Program-made: the position numbers and the translations under genes
Shown here: in pieces, positions 1 through 8,359 of the stretch
Layout of the letters: each line of letters opens with the position of its first letter
Numbering within the stretch: the first letter of the stretch is position 1
Virus record (IMG/VR): IMGVR_UViG_3300029309_000066
Location: 1-50,943 of that record
DNA length: 50,943 bases
Strand: one strand, 5' to 3'
Origin: a virus
Lineage: Duplodnaviria > Caudoviricetes
Notes under the pieces: model-generated
Told to the model about the DNA's origin: nothing
Seen by the model: only the letters and a program-made list of their open reading frames with translations
The model's database searches: none

Positions 1-104
1 TGATACCCAGTTCTTGTCTGAATATCAATGCCACATCTCTCGTAAGCTTCTGTTATTATTTCTTCAACATTAGGTCTGAATGTAACTGTTCCAGATGTTG
101 CCAT
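1..104 (-). CDS. N-terminal part of head-tail connector / tail tubular protein A-like gene (continues at window end)
   Basis: ATG at 104 gives MATSGTVTFRPNVEEIITEAYERCGIDIQTRTGY, which joins QAISARRSLNLLFSEWANRG at 50943 if the terminal TG is a 2-nt overlap. Confidence 0.85.
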   Translation of the reverse strand, partial: MATSGTVTFRPNVEEIITEAYERCGIDIQTRTGY

Positions 105-112
105 TTTTTACT

Positions 113-526
113 TTATCCATATTTCTTCTTCATTGTTAAAACAATCTGATAAGAATCACCTGCACCTGCACCAGTTGTTGTAAATTTTATATCTCCAGTA
201 GGGCTTGTGCCAGTTTGTTTTGTATTAGGCAAACCACCAACCTCAGTATAATCTACTTCTCCAGATTGTCCCTCATCAAGATTAAGCATAATTATATCTG
301 TTGATGCATCTGCCATAACTTGTACCGTCATGCCTTTAACAACCCATGTACATTTAAGTATTTTAACTCCTGTACATGCGTCACCATTTGCGTTTGTTTG
401 TAATGTTGAAACATCAACTTTCGTTACTGCAGATTCATTTCCAGTATCTACATATTGATACTGAAATGCCATTACAATTTCTCTAGTGTTTTCAGAAAGA
501 ATAGTGCTTGATGTAATATCAGCCAT
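113..526 (-). CDS. Putative virion structural protein
   Basis: 137 aa, beta-rich, in the late operon downstream of the capsid; GGAGG RBS. Confidence 0.6.
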   Translation of the reverse strand: MADITSSTILSENTREIVMAFQYQYVDTGNESAVTKVDVSTLQTNANGDACTGVKILKCTWVVKGMTVQVMADASTDIIMLNLDEGQSGEVDYTEVGGLPNTKQTGTSPTGDIKFTTTGAGAGDSYQIVLTMKKKYG

Positions 527-538
527 TATATCCTCCTA

Positions 539-1006
539 TTAACTGTCAGCAAATGGTGTTGCTACTGAACCAGAACCAATTAAAAGACCTTGCACCATGT
601 ATTCAGCAGTTGCTAATGCAGTAATTTCTACAAAAGAACCCACTTTACCACCTTTAGTGCCATTATTCATATCAATAACATCATTTGTTGCACCGGGCAC
701 AAATGCTTTTTTTGCGTCATCATCTACTGCAACCATTATTGAACCTACAAACTTGTCAGTACCATCTGTTTTGATTTTACCTGTCATATTTGTACCAATA
801 AAAAAAGTATATTTGGCACCTAATTCTGCAGATTTTATTGATGGTAATGTAATCACACCATCTGCATCATTGACTTCCATGATACGACCTGCATGGTCAT
901 TAAATGTTAATGTTGTTGCTACTGTAATTTCTTTAATATTGCTAGAACCTGCTTGTATAAAACCATTGTTTGATACAATCGGTCCTGAAAAGGTTGATTT
1001 AGCCAT
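539..1006 (-). CDS. Putative virion structural protein (head fibre/decoration-like)
   Basis: MAKSTFSGP...TPFADS type protein directly after the MCP; AGGAG RBS. Confidence 0.6.
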   Translation of the reverse strand: MAKSTFSGPIVSNNGFIQAGSSNIKEITVATTLTFNDHAGRIMEVNDADGVITLPSIKSAELGAKYTFFIGTNMTGKIKTDGTDKFVGSIMVAVDDDAKKAFVPGATNDVIDMNNGTKGGKVGSFVEITALATAEYMVQGLLIGSGSVATPFADS

Positions 1007-1015
1007 GTTAATTCT

Positions 1016-1051
1016 CCTTGTCTTGGCTATTGTCTACTTTCGTAGTCAAGG
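1016..1051 (-). ncRNA. Structured element downstream of the capsid gene, candidate Mu-gpT-DE RNA motif
   Basis: Minus strand CCTTG-a-CTAC-GAAA-GTAG-...-CAAGG: GNRA-capped hairpin within an outer stem overlapping the next RBS; position matches that described for Mu-gpT-DE. Confidence 0.55.
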
Positions 1052-1052
1052 T

Positions 1053-1082
1053 TAATTAAAGGGTGAGCAATAAACTCACCCT
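1053..1082 (-). terminator. Probable intrinsic terminator/attenuator after the MCP
   Basis: AGGGTGAG-7nt-CTCACCCT stem followed by TTAATT on the minus strand. Confidence 0.65.
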
Positions 1083-1092
1083 ATTTTTGCGA

Positions 1093-2004
1093 TTAAGCAG
1101 CGCCTTCTGTTCCAAAAAGACCTCTCCAGTCTGTAAAACCAAAAGAATATCTTTCACGAACTTTGTAACGAACATTACCTGTTTCAAAATCGCCTTCAAC
1201 ACCTCTTTTAAGTGGTGAACGTTGAAACATTTTCATTCCATCTGGCACATCTGTCTTGATAAAGAATGCATCACTATCAGTTAATCTTCTCATAATGTGA
1301 TAGCCTCTTGGCATATATCCACCATTATTTAATGCATTAATATCATTATCTGAAGTACCACTTCTCAATTGTGAATCTAATATTCTTTGAGCAGTAAAGG
1401 TATAGGCAGTTGGAATAATTAACATTGTTCCTTGTGCCGCTATTCTTAAACCTTTATCGTCTTTCATATCTGCGATTTGAATTAAAAGTGATTCAATAGA
1501 TGTTTCTGATAAATCAGCCGCTGTAGCCAAAGTATTACTTTGATTACCACTTGCAGTAGGGTGCGATGTACTTAACAAGGCAACACCATCACCACCTGCA
1601 TGAACTCCTGCTGATGTAGAATTGTTTAAAATATTTGCCGCTTTAATTTCTTTAGTTGCTGACATACTTCTAGCTAATGCTTTTGTATATCTTGAAGCGA
1701 TAGAACCATATAATCCATCTTCTTCTGCTTCCTCAGTAATTGAAAAGGCTAATGCGATAGTTTCATGCTGATATCTGGCAGTAAAACCTTGTGAAGCTGA
1801 ATCATAAGATATTGGTGCACCTTCGTCTTTTGTTGGTGCATTACCAAAACCTGTTAACAATACATCTTCTTCAAATGCTTTACTTGATGTATTTGCATCA
1901 AATACAGCTTGATATTCAGCAGGGTATGAGTCGTACTCAAGACCAAAGAGAGTATTCAATCCCGGCTCGAGCATTTTAGCAAATTGTGCTCTATTCATAG
2001 ACAT
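1093..2004 (-). CDS. Major capsid protein (Mu gpT-like, HK97 fold)
   Basis: RAQFAKMLEPGLN, FSITEEAEEDGLY, GDFETGNVRYKVRERYSFG motifs; synteny. Confidence 0.92.
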   Translation of the reverse strand: MSMNRAQFAKMLEPGLNTLFGLEYDSYPAEYQAVFDANTSSKAFEEDVLLTGFGNAPTKDEGAPISYDSASQGFTARYQHETIALAFSITEEAEEDGLYGSIASRYTKALARSMSATKEIKAANILNNSTSAGVHAGGDGVALLSTSHPTASGNQSNTLATAADLSETSIESLLIQIADMKDDKGLRIAAQGTMLIIPTAYTFTAQRILDSQLRSGTSDNDINALNNGGYMPRGYHIMRRLTDSDAFFIKTDVPDGMKMFQRSPLKRGVEGDFETGNVRYKVRERYSFGFTDWRGLFGTEGAA

Positions 2005-2016
2005 AAATTACTCTCC

Positions 2017-2568
2017 TTATATTCCTGCAGTCTGCTTGAGGATATGCTCATTAATGAGTACTTCAAGCTGTGCATATTGAGCAAAACTATTTGATGGGTC
2101 CTCCCATAATCCAATAATTTTACATGTTGCTGTTCCATTAGACATGGTTCCATTTAAATTGAAACCAGACTGACCTGTTGTTGTTGAACCTGCACCAGCT
2201 ACTACGTCAGCACATGCACCAACATCTGTTTGTGCAGGTGTGCCTTCTGATTGTATTCTAAACACAATATATGGGTCATCATACACATAAGCCACAATAT
2301 CTGTAGCTACTGTGCCAGACGGCCAAAATTTAGAGTATACATACTCTCCATCACTTGCAGTGTATGAAACCCCTGCGAAAACACCTATATTATTTGTTTC
2401 TGTTGCAGTATGTGGTGTAATAACACCATCTGTTGTCAGAATTACAAGGTCACCAGTAAATATATTTTCTGCTAGACCAGATGTAATAGTATATTTGTTT
2501 GCTCTTGGGGCATTACCACTCATATGACGGACTACCTTAAAACCATAAGGTGAATTAGGATTTGCCAT
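2017..2568 (-). CDS. Putative capsid decoration/cement protein
   Basis: MANPNSPYGF start, VYDDP motif, immediately upstream of the MCP. Confidence 0.6.
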   Translation of the reverse strand: MANPNSPYGFKVVRHMSGNAPRANKYTITSGLAENIFTGDLVILTTDGVITPHTATETNNIGVFAGVSYTASDGEYVYSKFWPSGTVATDIVAYVYDDPYIVFRIQSEGTPAQTDVGACADVVAGAGSTTTGQSGFNLNGTMSNGTATCKIIGLWEDPSNSFAQYAQLEVLINEHILKQTAGI

Positions 2569-2590
2569 AATGTTTCCCTTCCGTTAGCGG

Positions 2591-3076
2591 TTAATCCTCC
2601 ATGGCAGATAAATTATCTCTACCACGACTACTGCTGGATTGTCTATCTTGGTAGATAGGTTGTCCAACTTTACGACCTAAAGAGTCTAGTTCACCTGTTA
2701 GGGCTTCATTTTGGTCATTACTCTTTCCTTTGTAATATGCCTTCATAGACTGATGTTTGTCTTTTGGCATCTCACACAAGAGCATTCCCTCAATGCCTAT
2801 ACAACCTGCCCATTGACCATGGTTGATAGTTGGAAATTTTTGGTCTTTAACAGTGCTTGACTTTCTTGGCTCCCAACCTTCTCGCATACGTTTGTATACG
2901 TTATCGGGAGTATCTTTACCCTGTATCGTGGTAGCAACCCATCGTTGAACCATGCCCGGTCGTGCTTCTGGTGCGTCCAACAATGCTGGTGGTGTCCATG
3001 TTGTTTGAGGTCTACTTTCCTCATCTCTAACAGACATCCTTAATGAATCATCTCGTACATTTCTATTTATAGACAT
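2591..3076 (-). CDS. Conserved head-module protein
   Basis: WTPPALLDAP..RW..REGWEP motif; between scaffold and capsid. Confidence 0.6.
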   Translation of the reverse strand: MSINRNVRDDSLRMSVRDEESRPQTTWTPPALLDAPEARPGMVQRWVATTIQGKDTPDNVYKRMREGWEPRKSSTVKDQKFPTINHGQWAGCIGIEGMLLCEMPKDKHQSMKAYYKGKSNDQNEALTGELDSLGRKVGQPIYQDRQSSSSRGRDNLSAMED

Positions 3077-4020
3077 TAGCTATCCCTCCTATTTTTTAAT
3101 GTTTGAATTTCCTTAGCATATTTTTTCAATGCGTCTGGGTCTGTGATACCTAACTCTCTAGCCATAGCAAGTTCCTGTTGACTCATTCTTATTCTGTTGC
3201 CTCTGTAACCAGAGCCACCTGTCGTTGGTGCAACTGCTTGGCGACTTTTTGCTCTAGGTTTATCTTCAACAACTTCATCAATAGATATTAGCTCAGGATA
3301 TTTTTTTTGTAAACGATTATTTAATTCTGAGTAATATTCTGGTGTATTTTTATCGTAACCCTCAATATCAAGTTGCACATCTATTGACCTTGCATATGCT
3401 GTTTCTTGGTCATATCCCTTAGAATTAAACCATTTATTATCTTGCCACCATCTCATTGCTAGTTGTGGTGGTGGATTTTTGCTTGTCTGTTGTGCAGTAT
3501 CTATTGATGTTGGCATTGCACGTTTACCCTGCTCTTTTGCTAATCTTTGCACAGCAAGTGTTGTTTTTAAATCGCCTAATTCTTCAGTAAATTTGATTTG
3601 TGCCTCTGTATCGCCCTCTTCAATAGCCTTTGCTAAAGCTTTTTTTGTTAAATCATAATGTTCTCGTAACTGATTTTGCCCTTGTTTCTCATTGCTTGTT
3701 TCTATTTTTTCAAGCCTTTTCTTCATTTCAGACACTTGTTCTAGTAATTCAGCAGATTTTGCTTCTGCCTCGTGTTTTTGTGCAAGAACTTTTTTTATTC
3801 TTTTTTGCACATCTTCACTATATTTTTTCTTTTCTTCTTCAGTTACATCTGCAGGGTCTTTTTTTTCTTGTTTCTTTTCTTCTACTACAGGTTCTTCTAC
3901 AGGTTTTTCAACCAATTCTATTTCTAAATCTTCTGTACCCTTTTGTTTAACTTTTTCTATTTCAGAATTTATTTCGTCATTAATAGAATCAAGTGTAGGA
4001 TTACTTTGTGTATTTTCCAT
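3076..4020 (-). CDS. Putative capsid scaffolding protein
   Basis: Acidic coiled coil, YSEDVQKRI, W...N.WF, C-terminal ARELGI..YAK. Confidence 0.75.
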   Translation of the reverse strand: MENTQSNPTLDSINDEINSEIEKVKQKGTEDLEIELVEKPVEEPVVEEKKQEKKDPADVTEEEKKKYSEDVQKRIKKVLAQKHEAEAKSAELLEQVSEMKKRLEKIETSNEKQGQNQLREHYDLTKKALAKAIEEGDTEAQIKFTEELGDLKTTLAVQRLAKEQGKRAMPTSIDTAQQTSKNPPPQLAMRWWQDNKWFNSKGYDQETAYARSIDVQLDIEGYDKNTPEYYSELNNRLQKKYPELISIDEVVEDKPRAKSRQAVAPTTGGSGYRGNRIRMSQQELAMARELGITDPDALKKYAKEIQTLKNRRDS

Positions 4021-4032
4021 ATCTACCTCTTA

Positions 4033-4431
4033 TTAAATATATGCTGTAACTTCTACTTCTGGTGGTAAAATAGCTGTTATTTCATCATCATTTAGAAGTA
4101 AAAATCTAACATTGTTAACAACAATCTTTTGCCCTGCATATTTGCCATAAGTTACCTTATCGCCAACTTGTGGGACAACTTCTTGTTTCCATTTTTCGCC
4201 TGTGTCTCTTTCTCGGTATGCTAATTCACCAATCGCACAAACAGTTCCATGTGCAGTTAATATCTGCTCATTGTCTTTCACCTTGTCTGGCAGTAAAATG
4301 CCACCCTTAGTTTCTGCTTTAATGTCATTTGGTTGAATTAACACCTTCCAGTTCATTGGTCTTGGTAGTTGGTGTCTTCCGATAGTTGCTTTGGTTACAC
4401 TATCGTTTATAATATCGTGTTGATGAGTCAC
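4033..4431 (-). CDS. groES: Co-chaperonin GroES
   Basis: ETKGGILLPD, GD.V.YGKYAG, LLNDDEI motifs. Confidence 0.9.
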   Translation of the reverse strand: MTHQHDIINDSVTKATIGRHQLPRPMNWKVLIQPNDIKAETKGGILLPDKVKDNEQILTAHGTVCAIGELAYRERDTGEKWKQEVVPQVGDKVTYGKYAGQKIVVNNVRFLLLNDDEITAILPPEVEVTAYI

Positions 4432-4432
4432 G

Positions 4433-4627
4433 TTACATCTCCTTGTCTATTTGTTTTAATGTCTCGTCTATAATCTCACAAGATTGTTCTAAACCTTCTG
4501 CGATGCCGACGTTTTTTTGATATTGAGTGTGGTCGGTCATGCGACCTTCTACCATATCACTCGCTATCTGTAGTTTCCTCTCCCTCAGTTTCTTCGTTAT
4601 CTGCTTCAATAGGTCTATTTGGCTCAT
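4433..4627 (-). CDS. Hypothetical protein
   Basis: 64 aa helical ORF directly upstream of groES. Confidence 0.7.
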   Translation of the reverse strand: MSQIDLLKQITKKLRERKLQIASDMVEGRMTDHTQYQKNVGIAEGLEQSCEIIDETLKQIDKEM

Positions 4628-4700
4628 CTGTTCTTAACTCCCCCGTTCCAGTGATAGAAACTCCTGTTACATTAATAAAAACATCTTTCCTATTTTCCAT
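4557..4700 (-). CDS. Small acidic hypothetical protein (47 aa, not in ORF track)
   Basis: Manual translation MENRKDVFINVTGVSITGTGELRTDEPNRPIEADNEETEGEETTDSE. Confidence 0.45.
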   Translation of the reverse strand: MENRKDVFINVTGVSITGTGELRTDEPNRPIEADNEETEGEETTDSE

Positions 4701-4706
4701 ATGCCT

Positions 4707-4847
4707 TTACCCTTTATTTTTCTTCATTGGTTTTTTCTTCATTGTTTTTTTCTTCATTGGCTTTTTCATGGTCTTTTTTTTGCCTTTAGAATGATACACT
4801 GTTTTCCCTCCTTTTAAAAGTTTTGAAAATTTGGCTCTATTAAGCAT
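4707..4847 (-). CDS. Small Lys/Met-rich basic protein (alternative GTG start at 4799)
   Basis: Manual translation ...YHSKGKKKTMKKPMKKKTMKKKPMKKNKG; GGAGG before the GTG. Confidence 0.6.
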   Translation of the reverse strand: MLNRAKFSKLLKGGKTVYHSKGKKKTMKKPMKKKTMKKKPMKKNKG

Positions 4848-4906
4848 ATATGCATGTTATCACAAATGTAAAGTAAATAAAGTAATAAAAAAAAACCTTT
4901 TATGTG

Positions 4907-4974
4907 TTGATTTTTGAGCTAATGGTATTATATTAGTAACTATAGATTTTATATTTATAAAAATGGGAGAAAGA
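4907..4974 (+). promoter_or_regulatory. Early-type sigma70 promoter plus conserved leader TGGGAGAAAGA
   Basis: TTGATT-16-TATATT; leader motif at 4964-4974. Confidence 0.65.
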
Positions 4975-4976
4975 AT

Positions 4977-5096
4977 ATGAAAATCAAAAGAGATAAAACA
5001 CACTCAACATCAAGAGGTTGGGAGAAAGCTTACAAAAAAAGAGGTAAGAAAAAGCAAAGACAATTAGATAAGAAACTTACTAAGGGAGGTTATTAA
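4977..5096 (+). CDS. Small basic hypothetical protein (39 aa)
   Basis: MKIKRDKTHSTSRGWEKAYKKRGKKKQRQLDKKLTKGGY after the conserved leader; TAATG-coupled to the next gene. Confidence 0.65.
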   Translation: MKIKRDKTHSTSRGWEKAYKKRGKKKQRQLDKKLTKGGY

Positions 5097-5347
5097 TGAG
5101 AACAGACCAATTATCAAATCACGACAAAGAATTGATGGATAGTTTTTTTGAGAACGAAGACCAAATACTTGAGATGCAAGAAAAGGCAAAACCATCAATG
5201 ACAGAAATTGAAGCTATTAACCATATTATATCGGTTATAGATGAAAGAGGCTTAGATAAATGTACTGATAAGACACAAGATGCTTATAAAGTTCTTACAG
5301 AATTATCTGAGAAATTATCAACAGATTTTGTTTTATATAGACCATAA
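5096..5347 (+). CDS. Hypothetical protein
   Basis: GGAGG RBS, coupled start. Confidence 0.75.
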   Translation: MRTDQLSNHDKELMDSFFENEDQILEMQEKAKPSMTEIEAINHIISVIDERGLDKCTDKTQDAYKVLTELSEKLSTDFVLYRP

Positions 5348-5357
5348 GGAGGAAAAA

Positions 5358-5744
5358 ATGAAACAGTTAATTAGAAATATTAAATTCGGCTTTGAGAACC
5401 AATATTTTCATAGAATTATTGGTTACAATCAACAAAACGAAAAATTTAAATTTATTGATTATGGTTTTACAACAAGAATAGAATGCCTTGGTAAACACAA
5501 AGTTTTAAGAGGTAAATATTCTACATTTGCAATACCTTTTGATGATGATATTGCGAAATGGGAAACATCTTTTGATAATGTTGATGATGCATTACAAAGA
5601 TTACTTGAAATCGTAGATGGTAATTTAAAAGATTTTTCAGTTGTTTATTCTGAAAGAGAATTTGAAACCAAATCAATAACTTTAGAAAAATTATCTACAT
5701 TATCATTAAATCAAATAAGACAATTAGAAATGGAGGTGGCATAA
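5358..5744 (+). CDS. Hypothetical protein
   Basis: AGGAGG RBS supports start at 5358 (MKQLIRN) rather than 5280. Confidence 0.75.
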   Translation: MKQLIRNIKFGFENQYFHRIIGYNQQNEKFKFIDYGFTTRIECLGKHKVLRGKYSTFAIPFDDDIAKWETSFDNVDDALQRLLEIVDGNLKDFSVVYSEREFETKSITLEKLSTLSLNQIRQLEMEVA

Positions 5745-5974
5745 TGAAAGATAAAATTACCAAATCTGAGGCAAAGAAACTCTGTGATACACAGGGTTTC
5801 ACCTTTGAAATGTTAAGCCAAATGTTTGATATTACTAGAGAACCTAGAAAATATACATTTACTGTTGAAAATGAAAGACAGTATGCAATCAAGGTTTTAA
5901 ATGTAATATCTAACCTTAATCAGAAACAGAGAGAAAGGGTATTGCAAAGAGCATTAAAAACTAATAAAATATAA
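5744..5974 (+). CDS. Hypothetical protein
   Basis: GGAGG RBS, TAATG coupling. Confidence 0.75.
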   Translation: MKDKITKSEAKKLCDTQGFTFEMLSQMFDITREPRKYTFTVENERQYAIKVLNVISNLNQKQRERVLQRALKTNKI

Positions 5975-6023
5975 TTGTAAATTTTACACTTATAAATTTA
6001 CGCAATATCCTCTCCCCTTAACT

Positions 6024-6057
6024 CCCCTACTATTTATTTAGTAGGGGTTTTCTTTTT
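6024..6057 (+). terminator. Intrinsic terminator between convergent operons
   Basis: CCCCTACTA-6nt-TAGTAGGGG followed by TTTTCTTTTT. Confidence 0.85.
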
Positions 6058-6066
6058 GTAAAGGTT

Positions 6067-7278
6067 TTACTCTGGAAAAGGGAACTCAAAAACCATTTCA
6101 GAAATTTGCTGTGGTGTATTGCCTTCTTCAATTAATTTTTCATAGTATTCGTCAACTATATCAGCCATATTATCTGATGCCTTTGCATCTTTATACACCA
6201 TAACTCCTGCATACTCTGGTTCTACTTCTACAATTTCATTTGGTTTTGCACCATCTTGTATTGCTCTTTCTTGTAATGCAAACCTAAATTCAGAACTATA
6301 ATCGCCACCAAAATCTATTGCAGAATCTAATAATATTTTTTCTGATAATTCATTTGGTTTTATATGGAGCCCATCTTTAACACCATAATTTTTTTCTACC
6401 AATTTTGCTTTTTCTTCTAAAGGTAAATCTGCAAACTCAGATAATACACCTTCACCTTTATCAAATAAACCACCATATATATTTGCTGTAATACTATTTT
6501 CTTCAAAAGCATTTTCGTCATCTATTGGCAAATCTTCAAGTTGCATCTTTCCATCAGCATCTGGTATTGTATTATTATCTATAACTTCATCTAAATAATT
6601 ACGATATAGAGGTGTTACAAATTTCTTTAATGCAGAATCATAGTTTAATGGAACTGCCTTTGCCACCTTTGCTGTTTTTGTAACTGCTTTTGCTAATGGT
6701 TTATCTAATAACTTTAAACCACCCATTGTTGCCATTGCACCACCAGTTACCAATGCACTATCTTTCATAAACTTTCTTCTACTGGTGTCTACTGGAGCAG
6801 ATACATCACCTCTTAATTTACTGCCTAGACTTTTGAATAAGCCAACAATTGGTCTTGTTATGACATATGTTAATGGTATTGCTTCTACGGTTGCCGCTCC
6901 CAGTTCTGTTGCAGGTAAACCTAAATCTGGTCTATCCAAAGATGTTTGTAATGGTTGTCGCAGATAACCTAATAGTGCTAATTTTTTTTGTAAGTCTGTA
7001 CCTTTTGCTTTTTCAATGTCTCTATCGGCTTCTTGTGCTGCAAAAACAGTACCCACAGGTGTAAAATCTAACAGACCTGTTGTCTCTACTATATTTTCAA
7101 GTAAACCTTTATCCTCGTCATACGCTGTAGGGTCGCCTGTAAACGACCTTGCTATATCTTCTTGTGTCTTTTTACCTTCTCGTACACCTTTATCCACCAC
7201 ACCGAAGTTACGAAGAAACTCAAGGGTATCTACAATTTTATCTGCTGAAATATCTCGCAATATTGGTGTTTCTGCCAT
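6067..7278 (-). CDS. Hypothetical protein, probable internal virion protein with an internal Tat-like motif
   Basis: 403 aa; SRRKFMK plus hydrophobic stretch; acidic C-terminal domain. Confidence 0.6.
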   Translation of the reverse strand: MAETPILRDISADKIVDTLEFLRNFGVVDKGVREGKKTQEDIARSFTGDPTAYDEDKGLLENIVETTGLLDFTPVGTVFAAQEADRDIEKAKGTDLQKKLALLGYLRQPLQTSLDRPDLGLPATELGAATVEAIPLTYVITRPIVGLFKSLGSKLRGDVSAPVDTSRRKFMKDSALVTGGAMATMGGLKLLDKPLAKAVTKTAKVAKAVPLNYDSALKKFVTPLYRNYLDEVIDNNTIPDADGKMQLEDLPIDDENAFEENSITANIYGGLFDKGEGVLSEFADLPLEEKAKLVEKNYGVKDGLHIKPNELSEKILLDSAIDFGGDYSSEFRFALQERAIQDGAKPNEIVEVEPEYAGVMVYKDAKASDNMADIVDEYYEKLIEEGNTPQQISEMVFEFPFPE

Positions 7279-7469
7279 TAAACCTGTCCTGCTGATAATG
7301 TTCTTGCTAATATTTTAAGTGTTTGTTGAAAGCTTTTGTCAAGTTTTTTTGATAATCTATAAAACTTTCTTGGGCTTATTTCATCTGAATCAATATTTCG
7401 TCTTTGCAAAAATTTTTTTGCCTCTCTTATTTCTGCTTGTACTACTTTATCTACCTTTGCTTTTGCCAT
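7278..7469 (-). CDS. Small basic hypothetical protein
   Basis: Translationally coupled on both sides. Confidence 0.7.
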   Translation of the reverse strand: MAKAKVDKVVQAEIREAKKFLQRRNIDSDEISPRKFYRLSKKLDKSFQQTLKILARTLSAGQV

Positions 7470-8359
7470 TATGTGCCCTCATTTATATTATTTAACGCAC
7501 CAAACCCATTAATGTCAAAAAATTCTTTGACTTCATCTATATATTTTTGTGCATTTGGGTCTTGTGTAGGCTTTACTAAATCTCTTAGTGAGCCTCCATC
7601 TTTACTAAAATAAAAATTACTGTATATTTTTTCTAAATCTTCTGGGTTTTTTACTTCTTCTTCTGCAATACTTTTAACCACACTGGCATTCATACTTTTT
7701 AAATTCATAGGTTTATTGTTACTAAATCCCTCAGTTGATAATACTTTTGGTTGTATGCCAGATACATCTGCTATAATTTCATCTTGTGCATTTAACATGC
7801 CTTTTGTAAATTTTGCAGGGTTTGTAACTGTATCAAATCCACTTATTTTTGTTTGACCAATACCTTTTTCTTTAATTTTTTTATTAACATTTCTAGTAAT
7901 TCTGTCCTCATATGATGGTAAATAACCTGCTATTTTATCTCTTGGCACATCATATTTCAGCAAAAAAGAATTGTCTTCCATACTACTTTTACCTTCAGTG
8001 AGATAATTATGTAATGGAAAAACTTTATCTTTATCTAGTAGACCAGATACAAACTGTTCATCACCTATACGCATGGCTTCTGGTTTATTTGTAATAATTC
8101 TATATATTGAAACAAAATCATCATAGCCTTTATCGTCTAATGCTTTATTACTTATATTTTGGAACTCAGTATCATCAATTAATTTTTTGGCAAGTTCTTC
8201 TCTAGCAACAGATTTTTGAGGTGAACCACTAATTAAAGGTTGTATAACATAACCAGATATTAATTCTTCTGTATTAAATTCATCAAAATATGTAGGTACA
8301 TTTTCTAATTTGGCTCTTAATGATTTTAAAAGGATTTTAACTGCTGGTGTTATTTTCAT
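7469..8359 (-). CDS. Hypothetical protein, possible ADP-ribosyltransferase fold
   Basis: IYR...FVS...LKYDVP...QDEII order resembles R-S-QxE ARTs. Confidence 0.45.
   Translation of the reverse strand: MKITPAVKILLKSLRAKLENVPTYFDEFNTEELISGYVIQPLISGSPQKSVAREELAKKLIDDTEFQNISNKALDDKGYDDFVSIYRIITNKPEAMRIGDEQFVSGLLDKDKVFPLHNYLTEGKSSMEDNSFLLKYDVPRDKIAGYLPSYEDRITRNVNKKIKEKGIGQTKISGFDTVTNPAKFTKGMLNAQDEIIADVSGIQPKVLSTEGFSNNKPMNLKSMNASVVKSIAEEEVKNPEDLEKIYSNFYFSKDGGSLRDLVKPTQDPNAQKYIDEVKEFFDINGFGALNNINEGT

Noticed and set aside
597-1055. + strand 152-aa ORF and similar antisense ORFs (3630-4036, 17817-18248, 20367-20807, 35076-36332, 42144-42758, 48543-49967)
   Set aside because: Shadow frames opposite well-supported minus-strand genes; no RBS and biased composition
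1093-1110. Programmed frameshift or readthrough extending the MCP
   Set aside because: TAA stop followed by a hairpin; no slippery heptamer seen near the end
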